Source of the DNA: a virus | Reading direction: 5' to 3' (one strand) | DNA: 64,000 nt | IMG/VR virus record: IMGVR_UViG_3300032073_000008 | Coordinates: 32,001 to 96,000 of that record | Shown: positions 52,701-63,439 of the stretch, in pieces | Position numbering within the stretch: the stretch's first letter is position 1 | Layout of the letters: each line of letters starts with the position of its first letter | Made by a program: the position numbers and the translations under genes | The notes under the pieces: generated by a model | The model's input: the letters and a program-made list of their open reading frames with translations, nothing else | Databases searched by the model: none | What the model was told of the DNA's origin: nothing

Positions 52701-55700
52701 TTCCCTCAACAAAGTGGTTTTAAGTGCCTCAATTTCAACACGGTTCAATTCAACTTGAATTTTCGTAGATTCTAAATCAGCGTCTAATTCACGAATGTCT
52801 TCCATCGTGTATCGTCTATTATTTTCGCCAATGTGATTAACTTGATAATCAAATCTGTCATAATGAATTGCAGCAGTTTGTGACAATGATGGATAAGGTG
52901 GAATAACAACTGCACCTAATGTCATGGAAACTTCATCGTCTTCAGTTGGAACTGCTGGGTTTTCAGATGGTGTTCCAGTTAAAACATCAAAATCGCCATT
53001 AGGTCTTAATGTTACTGTATCTATTCTTGGGAGATAGAATTGGACATCACATTGGAAATTTTCATCTGGTGTGGGCACATAAGAGCCTAAAGAACCATCT
53101 ACATCAAATGCTGATGGTTGTGTTGGGTTTGTCGGTGCAGCTGTTGATGTTCCAGTTGATTTTGGTTCACATGTATTTGCTTTTGCTGGTCTGAAATCAA
53201 TACTGTCTCTTAAATCAAAATCTATTCCATCAAAAGAAGTGAACACTGGTATTTCTGCAGTCGCCATTTTTCCTGCTGCAGTTGGATCTGAATCATCTAT
53301 TGGGTATGAATCAACTGACATATAACCTATACCAGCAGATCTATTTCTTTTGAACCAGCTGAACTGAACCAGTAAGTCATTACCAGCAACCGTTAAACTG
53401 CTATCAGATCTTTTTATTAACCTTGAACCATCATAGAAACTTTCTCTCTGACCATTATCCAATTCAAAGTGTGTTGTAACATCAGTAGAAGAAGTTGTAA
53501 CTTCACTTCCTTCAGCACCCATATAAACTTTTTCTAATTTAAATGCGTCTGATACACCAAGAGACCATGGACCAGTGTTTCCTGAAGAGTTTGTTGGATA
53601 GTTTGCAGCTGCAGGATTAGTGCCACTAGGTTGTGCACTTGTGTCTATATGAATATATTTTGTTTTGTTTAAGTCTTTATTTTCTTGAACTGCACTATCA
53701 CGCAACATATCATAATAAACTCTAGCTGCAAATGTTCCAGTGAATGACCCACTGATGTCTAAATCTATTGCATGCTGTGTTGCTGTTGATGTGAATGATC
53801 CAATTTGTTGAGTATCAATTATAGAACCAGCTTTAAAGACTTTAGTAAGGGCTGTTGAATCACTAATCGTGCCAGTAGAAGGAGTACCACTTGAATGAAC
53901 TGTTATTACATTAGCACTAATTTCAGTTACACGCATTGGTTCTGTAAGACCTGATGCAGCTTGAACATAATCGCCAACAGCAACTTTGCCAACAAATGTA
54001 CTTTTTCCAGTAATAGCAAATGTATTACTGCTACTGCTTTTTGTGGCTGTTCCATGTGTTTGGAACAAGTTTATTGTAGCATCAGCTTTAGGTATGATAA
54101 TTATATTTCTTTCATCAACAGATGATAAAGGAGAACCAGTATCATTCATTTTGTTTGAACCGCCAGTCGCTTCACTGGTAGGAGCATTGACTGTAGCTGT
54201 TCCGTCAGCAGCAAATGTCACATCAGTAAAATGTCTAACAACATATTGCGTTTGTACTGTGTTGTCTTCATCTTTCAGAGTTTTTGTACCTATACTCTGG
54301 ACAGGAAATATCATTTTATTTAATGATGGATCATGAACCTTTGCTTCACCATTTTCAAGAACAATATCAGCATATGCATCATCATTACCACCAGTACTAA
54401 TATAGAGTGCTTTAACATCACCTTCAAATGATTTACCAGCATTCATTTTAGCATCAAATCCATAAATTCTAAATTGTGCTGATTGATCACCTGATGTCCC
54501 TGAATGCCATTGGAATCCACGCAGTTTAGCAGTACCTATTTTGTTTCCTAAGCGAGCGTCATTTCCACTACTGAATTTGCGTCTTGCTATACGAGTCTGA
54601 GCAGTATCATAAAGATCTACTTCTACTAATCCTTTATGATTCCATGTACCCACAACATTATTACAAATAACATATTGACCAAATGCTTGACCAATAGTTA
54701 CAGCACTTCGTGTATCAAAAGTTGTTGCTTTGTCAATTGTTCTTCGAACTTTGTCTGTGTTTTCAATCCTATAGCCACCAACATAACCTACAGATGGATC
54801 TATCTCGACAACTAATTTATTCGCATCACCGTTTTCTGTAGATCGATAAACACCATTATTAAAATCAGTTCGTAAATGTTCTTCGGTAGATATTTTGAAT
54901 GGTTCTAGTGCATAGTTGCCAGATTCTTCATATGTCCTTTTGGCAAGCTCATCGCCAAGACCAGAATATCTTGTATCCATATAATCACGGATAACAAACC
55001 CATCTTGCATATCAAGAAGTGGTATAAATCCAACAGTATTTGCTGTTCCAGTATCAGATAAAGGTCTTGAGGCGATAGTGGGTGATAATTTTAATCTTGA
55101 TGCACCTGGAGCTGAGAAGTTTGTTGCTCCTGATGCATTATCCAATAATGATGAATCTTGGTTTGAATCAATGATTACTTCGTTTGTTTCTAAACCAATT
55201 CGTGTGTTTGCTGTTGTGCTGTATTTGATAACAGCCTTACTTTGCTGGTCAACTCTAATAAAATGACCTTTGTGGTAAACAATACCTTCTTGAACATTAG
55301 CACCAACACCCTCACCGCACGCACCACCTTGTGCTTGTGTGATTGTGTTTGCAGCGACAATAAAGGAGCTTGAACTAGAGTTTCTAAAAATTAGCGTTTC
55401 ATTATTAGCGAATGTTTTTGTAGTATTATTTGCACCAGAGTTCGTGTAAGATACAAATGCTGTTAAGAAGTTTGGCGTAGCCGATTCAGAACCATCAGCC
55501 ACATCTAAGAGTTTAGCAGTAACGCCAGTTGTCTCACCTGTGATAGTGGAGTTAGCTATAACGCCACCTGAGAAAAAGTCTGTTAAGATAAGTGTTCTGT
55601 TGTTTGCGTCTTTGTCACGAAGTTTTACATATTTCCATGTCTCGGCTGTAGTATCACAACCATTAATAACAGTTCCTTCAACATAAACTGCACTAGCAAA

Positions 55701-55853
55701 TCGTTCAATTTGATTTTGCAGTATTGTTTGAATTTGTGTTAATTCTCGTGCTTGTACCGCATATCCTGGACGGAATAAAACACGGTGGAAATTTTTAGTC
55801 TCGTCAAAGTCATCAAAAAACGGACTTTCATTGAGGTTTGTTTCGATTGACAT
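49797..55853 (-). CDS. VrlC-like / DUF4815 large baseplate-associated structural protein
   Basis: NLNESPFFDDF....FHRVLFRPG.AVQARELTQ.Q.ILQ.QI, PGASRLK, LAKRTYEESGNY, DFRP, RRYTM.DI. Confidence 0.9.
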   Translation of the reverse strand: MSIETNLNESPFFDDFDETKNFHRVLFRPGYAVQARELTQIQTILQNQIERFASAVYVEGTVINGCDTTAETWKYVKLRDKDANNRTLILTDFFSGGVIANSTITGETTGVTAKLLDVADGSESATPNFLTAFVSYTNSGANNTTKTFANNETLIFRNSSSSSFIVAANTITQAQGGACGEGVGANVQEGIVYHKGHFIRVDQQSKAVIKYSTTANTRIGLETNEVIIDSNQDSSLLDNASGATNFSAPGASRLKLSPTIASRPLSDTGTANTVGFIPLLDMQDGFVIRDYMDTRYSGLGDELAKRTYEESGNYALEPFKISTEEHLRTDFNNGVYRSTENGDANKLVVEIDPSVGYVGGYRIENTDKVRRTIDKATTFDTRSAVTIGQAFGQYVICNNVVGTWNHKGLVEVDLYDTAQTRIARRKFSSGNDARLGNKIGTAKLRGFQWHSGTSGDQSAQFRIYGFDAKMNAGKSFEGDVKALYISTGGNDDAYADIVLENGEAKVHDPSLNKMIFPVQSIGTKTLKDEDNTVQTQYVVRHFTDVTFAADGTATVNAPTSEATGGSNKMNDTGSPLSSVDERNIIIIPKADATINLFQTHGTATKSSSSNTFAITGKSTFVGKVAVGDYVQAASGLTEPMRVTEISANVITVHSSGTPSTGTISDSTALTKVFKAGSIIDTQQIGSFTSTATQHAIDLDISGSFTGTFAARVYYDMLRDSAVQENKDLNKTKYIHIDTSAQPSGTNPAAANYPTNSSGNTGPWSLGVSDAFKLEKVYMGAEGSEVTTSSTDVTTHFELDNGQRESFYDGSRLIKRSDSSLTVAGNDLLVQFSWFKRNRSAGIGYMSVDSYPIDDSDPTAAGKMATAEIPVFTSFDGIDFDLRDSIDFRPAKANTCEPKSTGTSTAAPTNPTQPSAFDVDGSLGSYVPTPDENFQCDVQFYLPRIDTVTLRPNGDFDVLTGTPSENPAVPTEDDEVSMTLGAVVIPPYPSLSQTAAIHYDRFDYQVNHIGENNRRYTMEDIRELDADLESTKIQVELNRVEIEALKTTLLREDDPVAAPEPPKEVVISNPPPIQTYINSMQSSDFVDDNQTIRPIATLDDVDLIIDDSQSVNLHKSDDSTRITLGNTAKSLIDQPMATKRTLVNKKTTSPVRTFNGRMKLNHNNCSLRQTVIPGLTAKYTQKKVQTGTKKVSYGGKIGKAFGLKKNVAVYSNVKVENPVVTKMIESYKKAGKDYSGLAEASDVSKYKGGTNDYYLGRHAGIRATCTGLKPNTRVYARFDGRDVTHYINSPGKRTLVTDGGGRLSFRFTIPNDSTMKFRGYKHLLEVSDVRPPVKNGISSGKDGATTRCGQYYFASTNKNGFSYKSRGKMSGIWLQELSADNTQTSVTTTQVKEELPDFMSQVFTIPATKIDGIYLSEIDLFFIKKPNDASAGVELQIRECGPAGPTEKLIDESDEILNANINLSSTTGHTATTFKFTKRPFLQSGKKYAFTVIPTEQGSDYELLSMVKGKKDFRSNKTAYAPTGIGKLYGSATGKKWAELKNETLKFQIKRADYNIGAASSFVLTNADTEFLNVNFVSPFGEPSATTGFQMDEKVRGQSLLTLGANTDSFAVGDILQSKIAKDETFDAHPTGYANGVVRKIVSTSPVILSIDAFGDFPTDANANNEQKVYRGTTELGTTSGFAANTVTGIVSFFNHDYGRLRLNESTGVVAGSGLGFRGGDNTRDWVRSQDSATSAFIQSVADVNLDSIELITPYFSPKNTKVEWGVKTTSTAGVTASSFLPVVGDNEIELSQYQKKIYSKSNRTAKSLIVKGTITSEDKRIAPIFTLNDISARVELQRINNSFGNEQFAAGDATARYVSKVVPASRPDGGAAERLTAVLNLYCPSESTVKVYVRAKNNNDSEELEDKVFTELVNYASVPKKNSALGDKNDVVKRLYRFPKSTNDNYLTIGDTADAGANAIKELLTTRKIKYRSGDDSTHSGIDRMQFKIVMTRPDGSGRDYTPEIKHMTTFTSKTPVS

Positions 55854-55864
55854 TTATAATACCC

Positions 55865-57652
55865 TTAGAAATCTAAAATGATTTTAATATCTTCTATTTG
55901 ATCCAGTGATTTAGTTGCTGCTGTTATGTTCTCAGTATATAGTATTTTTCCAGACATTGTATTTGCCTCTGGAACCTTAACTTGTTGAACAGTTGCGATT
56001 GCTGTATCACTACCAGCCTTCAATATAACATCGTCTGTAGTAAACGGAATAAAATTACTGTAACTAGAGACATTATTTAGGTATGTTGTAAAGAAGGATG
56101 TATCAGCTTGAACTTCATCTTCTCTTATAAAAACTATTTGTGCATTTGCAGCTTGCAATGCATTTGCTAGTGCCTCATTCTTTCTTGCAGCTGCACCTAA
56201 TGTTGTGACGAACTCTAAAGCACCTAATTCTGCTCTGAGTCTATTTCTTTCATTTGTTATAACATCGCGGACAACTAATTCATTTTGTGGCACATCGCCT
56301 TGCATACTATTATATGAGATTGTCGCTCTAGTTGTTAATCTTAATGTTGATGGACTGTTAGATGTATTTGCTACTGATTCCGTTGTGACAAAATTATTAT
56401 TTGAATCACATCTTAATTTTGGATCTTGAAGAATGCTTATTGTTCTGAATTCAGTATTAGATGGTATGTATCCATTACCATTAGCAGAGATACCTTCAGT
56501 TCCTTGAAATTGAACATTGAGTGCGATCTTATCACCGCCAAGCTCAGATACTGCATCTGAACCATGTCCACCTTGTGGTGAGATAATAACATTTGCAGTG
56601 GCACCAGAGCCATGAACACTATTTGCTGTAATAAGAGCAACAGCTTCAGTGTATTTTGAACCAACACTTATCATTGAAATGTTAGCGACCGCACCTGCTG
56701 CATTTAATCTAGTATATGCTTGCGCACCAAATCCATCTCCAATTATTGTAACTGTGGGAGAAATTATTGCTTTGGATGTTGTGTCTGGTACTACAGAAAA
56801 TGCAGTATTAACACTCAATCTTCTTGTAGACCCAATATAATCTGTAACTCTTCTTAATTGTCCAGCACCAGTTCCTGACACAATATATACGCTTGATCCA
56901 TTATAGATATTATCAGATGAAGACATATCAATATCAACCGCTCTAGATATTGTCACTGAATCTGATGTGGCACTTGCCACTGTCGCATCTATAACTTCCT
57001 CATAGCCAACACCAATTGTATTCGTTTCTATTACTTGTATTGCACCATCTACTGCTGCGTTTTGAACGGCTAACAACCTATCTGATTCTATCGAGTTATC
57101 TGTCGCACTGATTGTTTTGACTGGCATATGGACAGATGTCATGAACTTATCAGCTTCACCTAATGAAATTGAATACATATATTTCCATGTATATCCATCA
57201 GAAGTGGTGAATGGGATTATTGAGAATCCCGAAGGCTTTACGGTCGACTGAGCACCTTTATTATTAAATAGACATTTGTAAACATTTAACTGGTCGGTAA
57301 CAACATAAAATGCAGGTGTATCTTCATCATACAATGTTGTATTTGTATCTCTATACATAGTATAGACTGTGCCTGAAGCCCAGTCTTTTCTAGGTATAAC
57401 ATGTGAAACACTGCCAGTATCTATTTTTTTACCACCAATAAAATCTTTTTTAATATTATAATGTTCATGCTCAACATTTTTGGGTGGTGATGGTGGATTA
57501 GATTCATCTTGCCATGGAGTATTTTTTCCAATGCATGCATAAAGTATGATGGATTTTTTATCGGTAGAACCATCACTTGCATTCATAGATGAGATAAACG
57601 CTTTTGCGTTTGTTATTGACATCTCTTTTGTTGGGTGTCTATATGTTGGCAT
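55865..57652 (-). CDS. gp8: Baseplate wedge subunit
   Basis: IPRKDWASG..Y, VYKCLFN, DGYTWKYMY, P.GGHG.DA..ELG, EDIKIILDF. Confidence 0.93.
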   Translation of the reverse strand: MPTYRHPTKEMSITNAKAFISSMNASDGSTDKKSIILYACIGKNTPWQDESNPPSPPKNVEHEHYNIKKDFIGGKKIDTGSVSHVIPRKDWASGTVYTMYRDTNTTLYDEDTPAFYVVTDQLNVYKCLFNNKGAQSTVKPSGFSIIPFTTSDGYTWKYMYSISLGEADKFMTSVHMPVKTISATDNSIESDRLLAVQNAAVDGAIQVIETNTIGVGYEEVIDATVASATSDSVTISRAVDIDMSSSDNIYNGSSVYIVSGTGAGQLRRVTDYIGSTRRLSVNTAFSVVPDTTSKAIISPTVTIIGDGFGAQAYTRLNAAGAVANISMISVGSKYTEAVALITANSVHGSGATANVIISPQGGHGSDAVSELGGDKIALNVQFQGTEGISANGNGYIPSNTEFRTISILQDPKLRCDSNNNFVTTESVANTSNSPSTLRLTTRATISYNSMQGDVPQNELVVRDVITNERNRLRAELGALEFVTTLGAAARKNEALANALQAANAQIVFIREDEVQADTSFFTTYLNNVSSYSNFIPFTTDDVILKAGSDTAIATVQQVKVPEANTMSGKILYTENITAATKSLDQIEDIKIILDF

Positions 57653-60600
57653 TAACCTATCGATCCTGTAGTATATAAAGCTGTGGTTGTAAATGTACCG
57701 TTAGACCACGCTATAGTTGTATTTGCGACTGTGTCACTAGACACTATATTTAGCGGAACTTTATAGTAAACTCCTGCACTTTTTTGTATTATTATCACAC
57801 CACCATTAGCAAATTGAGACTCCATAGCTGAACCAGTACCAGTAATATTGAATGATCCATTTGTAAAGGTGAATGTTCCAGTCGCATTTTTTCTAAATGT
57901 ATTGTTTGCTGATAATATCACATTCAAATTAGTATTTGAGTGAGACTTAAACTTACCGAACATTTTTTGACCTGCTGGATGAGCAAGTTTCATTGCAACT
58001 TCTTTATACCTTTTCAAACTTAGAGGAACAGCTAGTTGATATGAAAACTCTTGATAAAAGTCACTATCTTGTATAAAGCCACGCTTGGTTGAAATGTGAC
58101 TTCTTGATGTGGCATAATATCCTTCTGAGTTTGCAGCATTTTGTAGTTTAAGTCTAACAACAGCTTGTGTTGAATCAACTCTTCCTGTGCTTTCAACTTT
58201 TACTTCTTCATTCTGATCATGTGAAAATCCAGAGTCAGCAACTCTTAATCCAGTTATTGTACCGTTTGCACCAACATCTGCACGGATGTTTGCGTTCTGT
58301 CCTAATATTCCTCTGTCAACAACCTTGACAATTTTAACTGTAGTGGTGCTATCAACAGATCTTGTGTCAGTAGTTCCAGGAACATATGAAGAACTAAACT
58401 TCTTAATTGTTGCGTTGGTATTGTTAGCAAATGTTTTTCCATTCGGGAATCTTTGCAGTGGTGGTTGCCAAACTCTTATTACTGTTTCAAACTGACCATT
58501 AGAATAAGAAGTTACAGTGGGTGCACCATAAGTCGATCCTGCTTTAATATCACCAGAAGCACCTGAAGAAGATTGTAATATTCCATCATTTGTATCGACA
58601 GTAACATTTGATTCTGTGCCAGATTGTATTGTGAGGAATTGTTCACCTATACCCAAAGAAGCAATACCAGATTCAGTAACATCAACTTTGGGTGCTACTG
58701 TGAAACCACTACCACCCACACGCCCAGATAATTGATCAATAGTTCCAAATGTTTGTGTTTTAAATACTAATGAATCTTCTAGTTTACTGTATACTGTTTC
58801 AAGTTCTGTATTTGAAGTTGAAAAGTGGACATTACCTACAATTGTAGATGAACCAACCTTTCTTACACCATCGCGTTCGACAAATCCTTGTAATGGACCA
58901 AAATCAAATTGATTAGATAGATTAGCACTATTGTTGGCACTAACACGGCATTTTACAACATGTCTAAACACACCACCCTTACCATATGCTGCACCACTTA
59001 AAGCTGGGCTAAATGCTGGAGTAACAACTATGGTATTGTCATCAGTAACACTAACAACTCTACGCGAAGGAGCTTGACCACCAGCCTTAATCACATCGCC
59101 ACGCCCAAATACTGTGCCTATATTAGTGCTAGTTACATTGTTAGATGAACTGTTTACAGTATTAGATTGAACAACATTTGCTGTAGTGTTGTGCTCATAA
59201 AGATATGGAGTAGTGCTTATAACTTTTTTAACAACACCATAACTGTAAACTTCTTCACCAGTTAATGTTGTATCAGCAGTATTTGCGTAAAAGTTTGTTG
59301 TGCTGACAATTTCATCACCTAAAGCTACAGTCTGTCCACCAGTATTCGCCACATCTAATATGTGATACCCAATGGTATTTCCAGCAAATGATGTTACTTT
59401 ACCTGCCGAAGAACCAGATGTGTTGACTATAAGTAATGTTTCGCCAGTCCCAAATGCATCTGTAACAACCTTTTGGTACTCAGTTGCTGTAGCTGCAGTT
59501 TCAACTTGAAACCCCCAAGCAAAGATATGTTTAGTAATATCGCCTTGATAACTGATAACATTCGATCCATCAGTCATGTTCAATTGCACATTATGCGATC
59601 CACTACCAGATGTGGTTCCAGTCATAGTGACACGATACCAACCATTACCAACATCCTTAATCGAGCTTGTTAGATCACCATGAGTTGAAACAATTGTTCC
59701 GTTTTGTAAATTAAATTTTACAGCAGGAAATGCACCGCCAGTGCTTAATCTTAGTGCAGCATTTCGATCACTTGAACCAGCTTTTAAAAATACAGAAGTT
59801 GTATACTGTGTACTGTTTTGTAGAAATGATGAAGCGAGAGTAATAAGGTGTGAATTATCTGACGCATCTTCTACAATCTTTTCAGCAGTTAAAGTACCAT
59901 TTGGTGCTAATGTTTGGTTTGCAATAGCACCACACCTTAAATCATTCCAATAATTATTATCTAATTCTTCTGAATAATTCACACGATTGCGTATACTTGT
60001 GATAAATTTTCTGTATCCATCTGTAGTAAATTTGCCAGCACCATCAGTAGCATCTGTTATTGCTGTGACGGTAGCATTTGCTCCACTAGACACACCATAT
60101 AATGAAGCACCAACACCTATTGTCAATGTGTTCGCTACATGCAAAGATGATTCTACATTATCTCTGAATAGACCGTTGTTTGTAACTTCATTTGATTCTC
60201 TAAATCCAAGAGTTGGTGAACCAATAATAGTGTTAGCAAATGTTGCCATTTTGCGTGTTGAATAATCAGCATTAAGTATATCTGGAGCATTGAAACCAAA
60301 GATAGTATTAGAACCTAACAATGTGACATTTGTTGAAATAGCAAATGTCTCATCTATATCTGATCCTGTTATTGTAAACGATGCAGCTGTATCTCCATCA
60401 CCGCCACTGATTGTGACAACTGAGCCACCTTGATTTGGGTCTGACGAAACTTCTGTGTAACCAGAACCACCGTCTATAAGAGTAAATGTCAATGAACCAT
60501 TAAGATCTACAGTATCAGTAACAACAACTTTACCAAAGTCACCTATTTTGTCTGACTCTAATTTAACAATATCTCCTGCTTGGTATTTTGCTCCAGGTGA

Positions 60601-61263
60601 AACAATTTCAATTCTGTGTATACCAGCATCAACAATTGCAGAATGACCAGAACCATCAGTATCTGACAATAATCTAATTGGCTCTAAGTGATTGAATGAA
60701 CCTTTAATATTTGATACATTAATTTGCATCAAATCCCTGCCTTTAACAATGCGACCTACCACATCTTCAACAAGAGCTTGGGCATTCGATTCAGTGCCAA
60801 CAATTGTTTTTCCTATAAAGTCATAATTATTTTGATTGTAGTTTGTTACTAGGTAGCGATCAAGTTGCCAATCGCCATCAGATATTTTCAACATCTGATC
60901 AGCAGGAAAATTAACCTCAACATCTTCATTGTAAATTGCCCTGAACATTAACTTATAAGAAGCTAATGAGCCACGAGTTTCGTTATAATATTTTACATAC
61001 TTTGCCATTAACCGCTTATCAGATAACACATCATGCGGTACTGATGGGAGGAGTGTTTCTTGGAAATGAGTTAAATACTGATCTAAAGTTGTGTTTATAT
61101 CTTTGTAATCTTCTAGATTTTGTATGGCTTCGGTCAACTTTCCATTCTGCTCAAGGTACTCATAATATCCTTCAATAAAAGCAAGGAAATTTTGCCCTTC
61201 TTCCTTATAGAAGTCTGGAAATTGATTCGCGACCTGCGTAGATAACTTTGATTTTATTGTCAT
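57652..61263 (-). CDS. gp7: Baseplate wedge protein / initiator
   Basis: QFPDF.KE....F..F...YYE, RGS..SY..MFR.IY, IQDSDFYQEFSY, HPAG.KMFG. Confidence 0.85.
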   Translation of the reverse strand: MTIKSKLSTQVANQFPDFYKEEGQNFLAFIEGYYEYLEQNGKLTEAIQNLEDYKDINTTLDQYLTHFQETLLPSVPHDVLSDKRLMAKYVKYYNETRGSLASYKLMFRAIYNEDVEVNFPADQMLKISDGDWQLDRYLVTNYNQNNYDFIGKTIVGTESNAQALVEDVVGRIVKGRDLMQINVSNIKGSFNHLEPIRLLSDTDGSGHSAIVDAGIHRIEIVSPGAKYQAGDIVKLESDKIGDFGKVVVTDTVDLNGSLTFTLIDGGSGYTEVSSDPNQGGSVVTISGGDGDTAASFTITGSDIDETFAISTNVTLLGSNTIFGFNAPDILNADYSTRKMATFANTIIGSPTLGFRESNEVTNNGLFRDNVESSLHVANTLTIGVGASLYGVSSGANATVTAITDATDGAGKFTTDGYRKFITSIRNRVNYSEELDNNYWNDLRCGAIANQTLAPNGTLTAEKIVEDASDNSHLITLASSFLQNSTQYTTSVFLKAGSSDRNAALRLSTGGAFPAVKFNLQNGTIVSTHGDLTSSIKDVGNGWYRVTMTGTTSGSGSHNVQLNMTDGSNVISYQGDITKHIFAWGFQVETAATATEYQKVVTDAFGTGETLLIVNTSGSSAGKVTSFAGNTIGYHILDVANTGGQTVALGDEIVSTTNFYANTADTTLTGEEVYSYGVVKKVISTTPYLYEHNTTANVVQSNTVNSSSNNVTSTNIGTVFGRGDVIKAGGQAPSRRVVSVTDDNTIVVTPAFSPALSGAAYGKGGVFRHVVKCRVSANNSANLSNQFDFGPLQGFVERDGVRKVGSSTIVGNVHFSTSNTELETVYSKLEDSLVFKTQTFGTIDQLSGRVGGSGFTVAPKVDVTESGIASLGIGEQFLTIQSGTESNVTVDTNDGILQSSSGASGDIKAGSTYGAPTVTSYSNGQFETVIRVWQPPLQRFPNGKTFANNTNATIKKFSSSYVPGTTDTRSVDSTTTVKIVKVVDRGILGQNANIRADVGANGTITGLRVADSGFSHDQNEEVKVESTGRVDSTQAVVRLKLQNAANSEGYYATSRSHISTKRGFIQDSDFYQEFSYQLAVPLSLKRYKEVAMKLAHPAGQKMFGKFKSHSNTNLNVILSANNTFRKNATGTFTFTNGSFNITGTGSAMESQFANGGVIIIQKSAGVYYKVPLNIVSSDTVANTTIAWSNGTFTTTALYTTGSIG

Positions 61264-63035
61264 TAAACTTGCTCACCAAATACATTAATGATAGCTTCAT
61301 TTGAGTTCATTACCAAAATTTGCTCTCTTACAGCTACAATATCAAAGTTCTCAGGAGACGCAGATACCTTCACTTGTATGTCTGAAAATGCTGTTGGTTC
61401 AAAATTTTGAAGTTCAACAATACCGTTTGTGTAGTCAATTGTTCCAGCAGAAGCGACAATATTTACTTTTTCTTTCTGTTCACTAAAACGGAATATTGTT
61501 ACTGTACCAGCTCCATCATCACCGAGTTGTGCTGGAAACCCATTGTATGTAAACTGAGTAGAATTTAGTGATGATGGTCTGATCTCGTTATTGAACTTCA
61601 ATTTAACATTAGTTGCATTATTGATATCAGGAACAAATCTTTTCTCAATAGAAATTGCTGCATCTGTATTTAAAACTGAACCTTCTGAAGTGTTATCTAA
61701 AGCTCTAACAAACCTTGAATATCTTAATCTGTTTCCAAACCTTTCTAAATTTGATTCAGAAAAAGTTTTTATTGCGTCTCTAATATTTGATGCAATACCA
61801 TCATCAGTCAAAACTGTTCTTGTCAAATCATAATTAACTGTTACTGTAGGGACAAGATATGTATAGTCTGCGTCTATAATAACAGGATCTATAGCCAATG
61901 GTGTTCTATCTTTGATAGAATCCTTCAACTTTTGTTTTCTTGTTATTGTAGCAAACTCTTCATTAAATGGTTTAATAGCAATATAAACTTTACCAAATGT
62001 GGGTGGATCAAAATCCTCTCCACCAAAAGCAATAACTGATTGCAAGTCTGAATTCTCGCTTAATATAATACGATCATAATCGTTCGATACTACAGCTCTG
62101 TTTTGAGTTTGGAAATTTCTAGGTGCATTAAATTTGATTGAATCAACGCTTTCTTGGAACCTACCACCTGACGACTTTCTTTCGACAGAAGTGATAGTTA
62201 TAGTCGGTGCAGGAGTTAGACCAGTAAAAACACTTTCTACAGAAAATGTAGAAGCACCATCTGTTTCATTACCATTACAAACCAAATAATCTGCGGTTAT
62301 AATATTTCCACCAACCACAGACTTGCCCAGACTGCCCTGACCAAAAATTATTTCATATTTCCCATCTGCTGACTCTTCTAGGAAAAATACTGGTGATGTT
62401 TTAAAAACTTGATTTACATTGGTAGCTCTTGTGTATTCAGTCACAGCAGTATCTGTTGAAGAGTTTTGCACCTTAACTGAAATACTAGATGTGTCTACAC
62501 CAGTGTTTGGTATAATATAACGAACAGGATTAGTTGTGCTAACAGTCCAAGAATGTGATAATGGTTCGCCTTCTTTTATTGTTATCAGTTTTGTGAATGT
62601 GTTAGCAGATGATCTATCTACTTTGATTGCTTGTGGAGCAACATATGTGTATGTAACATCATCGACTGTTGTTGTAAACTTAGAATTTTTTGGTATTGTT
62701 ACTTGTGGAACATCGCCAGCCACACCTGTGAATTGTATGTTTACATCTGCTTGTGAACCGATAGATGAAGCAGGAACATAACCAAGTTCTTTTGCACGAG
62801 AAACAACTGAGTCTCTTTGCTGTGCAGTATCTAAGAACATCTCATTTGCGACCATGTTTAGATAATATGCATTATAATGAGTGTTGTATGCCAGAACATC
62901 AAGTAAGACTGACATAGCAGAACCTTCAAAATTATAATCTGCGAATTTATCTTGTGATGAGAGATATGATTTCAGATTTGTTCTGATCTCTTCAAAATCT
63001 AATTCTGTAACTTTTAAATATGTATTTGCTGACAT
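61263..63035 (-). CDS. gp6: Baseplate wedge subunit
   Basis: LDFEEIR.NLK.YL, DYNFEGS..S.LLD.LAYNTHY, E.FLD.A..R.SVVS.AK.LGY, QNRAV. Confidence 0.96.
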   Translation of the reverse strand: MSANTYLKVTELDFEEIRTNLKSYLSSQDKFADYNFEGSAMSVLLDVLAYNTHYNAYYLNMVANEMFLDTAQQRDSVVSRAKELGYVPASSIGSQADVNIQFTGVAGDVPQVTIPKNSKFTTTVDDVTYTYVAPQAIKVDRSSANTFTKLITIKEGEPLSHSWTVSTTNPVRYIIPNTGVDTSSISVKVQNSSTDTAVTEYTRATNVNQVFKTSPVFFLEESADGKYEIIFGQGSLGKSVVGGNIITADYLVCNGNETDGASTFSVESVFTGLTPAPTITITSVERKSSGGRFQESVDSIKFNAPRNFQTQNRAVVSNDYDRIILSENSDLQSVIAFGGEDFDPPTFGKVYIAIKPFNEEFATITRKQKLKDSIKDRTPLAIDPVIIDADYTYLVPTVTVNYDLTRTVLTDDGIASNIRDAIKTFSESNLERFGNRLRYSRFVRALDNTSEGSVLNTDAAISIEKRFVPDINNATNVKLKFNNEIRPSSLNSTQFTYNGFPAQLGDDGAGTVTIFRFSEQKEKVNIVASAGTIDYTNGIVELQNFEPTAFSDIQVKVSASPENFDIVAVREQILVMNSNEAIINVFGEQV

Positions 63036-63427
63036 TACCTGACTCTTTCTAGTATGATGTCCAGTACAACTGGGTTAGGATCATTAATTATCATAAAAGC
63101 TACTGATAAAATTAATGAATGCGACTCTCTATTTTCTTCAACTAATACTTCAACAACATCAGCTCTTGGTTCAAAGTTTTTAATTACTTCTCGTATTGAT
63201 GCTTCCATTTGTTGTTTTACAGCTGGGGAAAATAACTCAAATAACTGATAGCGTATGCTACACCCAATGTTTGATTTGAATGGTCGATCATAGTAATCTG
63301 TAAGAATAAGTGATTTCACAGATTGACGAACAGCTTCTCTGTTTGTCTTCCGTGTCAGCTCTCCTGTCGCTGGATGGGGTATAAACCCCAACGAAATATC
63401 ACTAAACAATTCTTTCTTTTTAAGCAT
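63035..63427 (-). CDS. gp25: Baseplate wedge subunit
   Basis: FSDISL.F.PHP, AVRQSVK.L.LT...RPF, FEPR, LERVR. Confidence 0.95.
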   Translation of the reverse strand: MLKKKELFSDISLGFIPHPATGELTRKTNREAVRQSVKSLILTDYYDRPFKSNIGCSIRYQLFELFSPAVKQQMEASIREVIKNFEPRADVVEVLVEENRESHSLILSVAFMIINDPNPVVLDIILERVR

Positions 63428-63439
63428 ACTGCCAACTTA

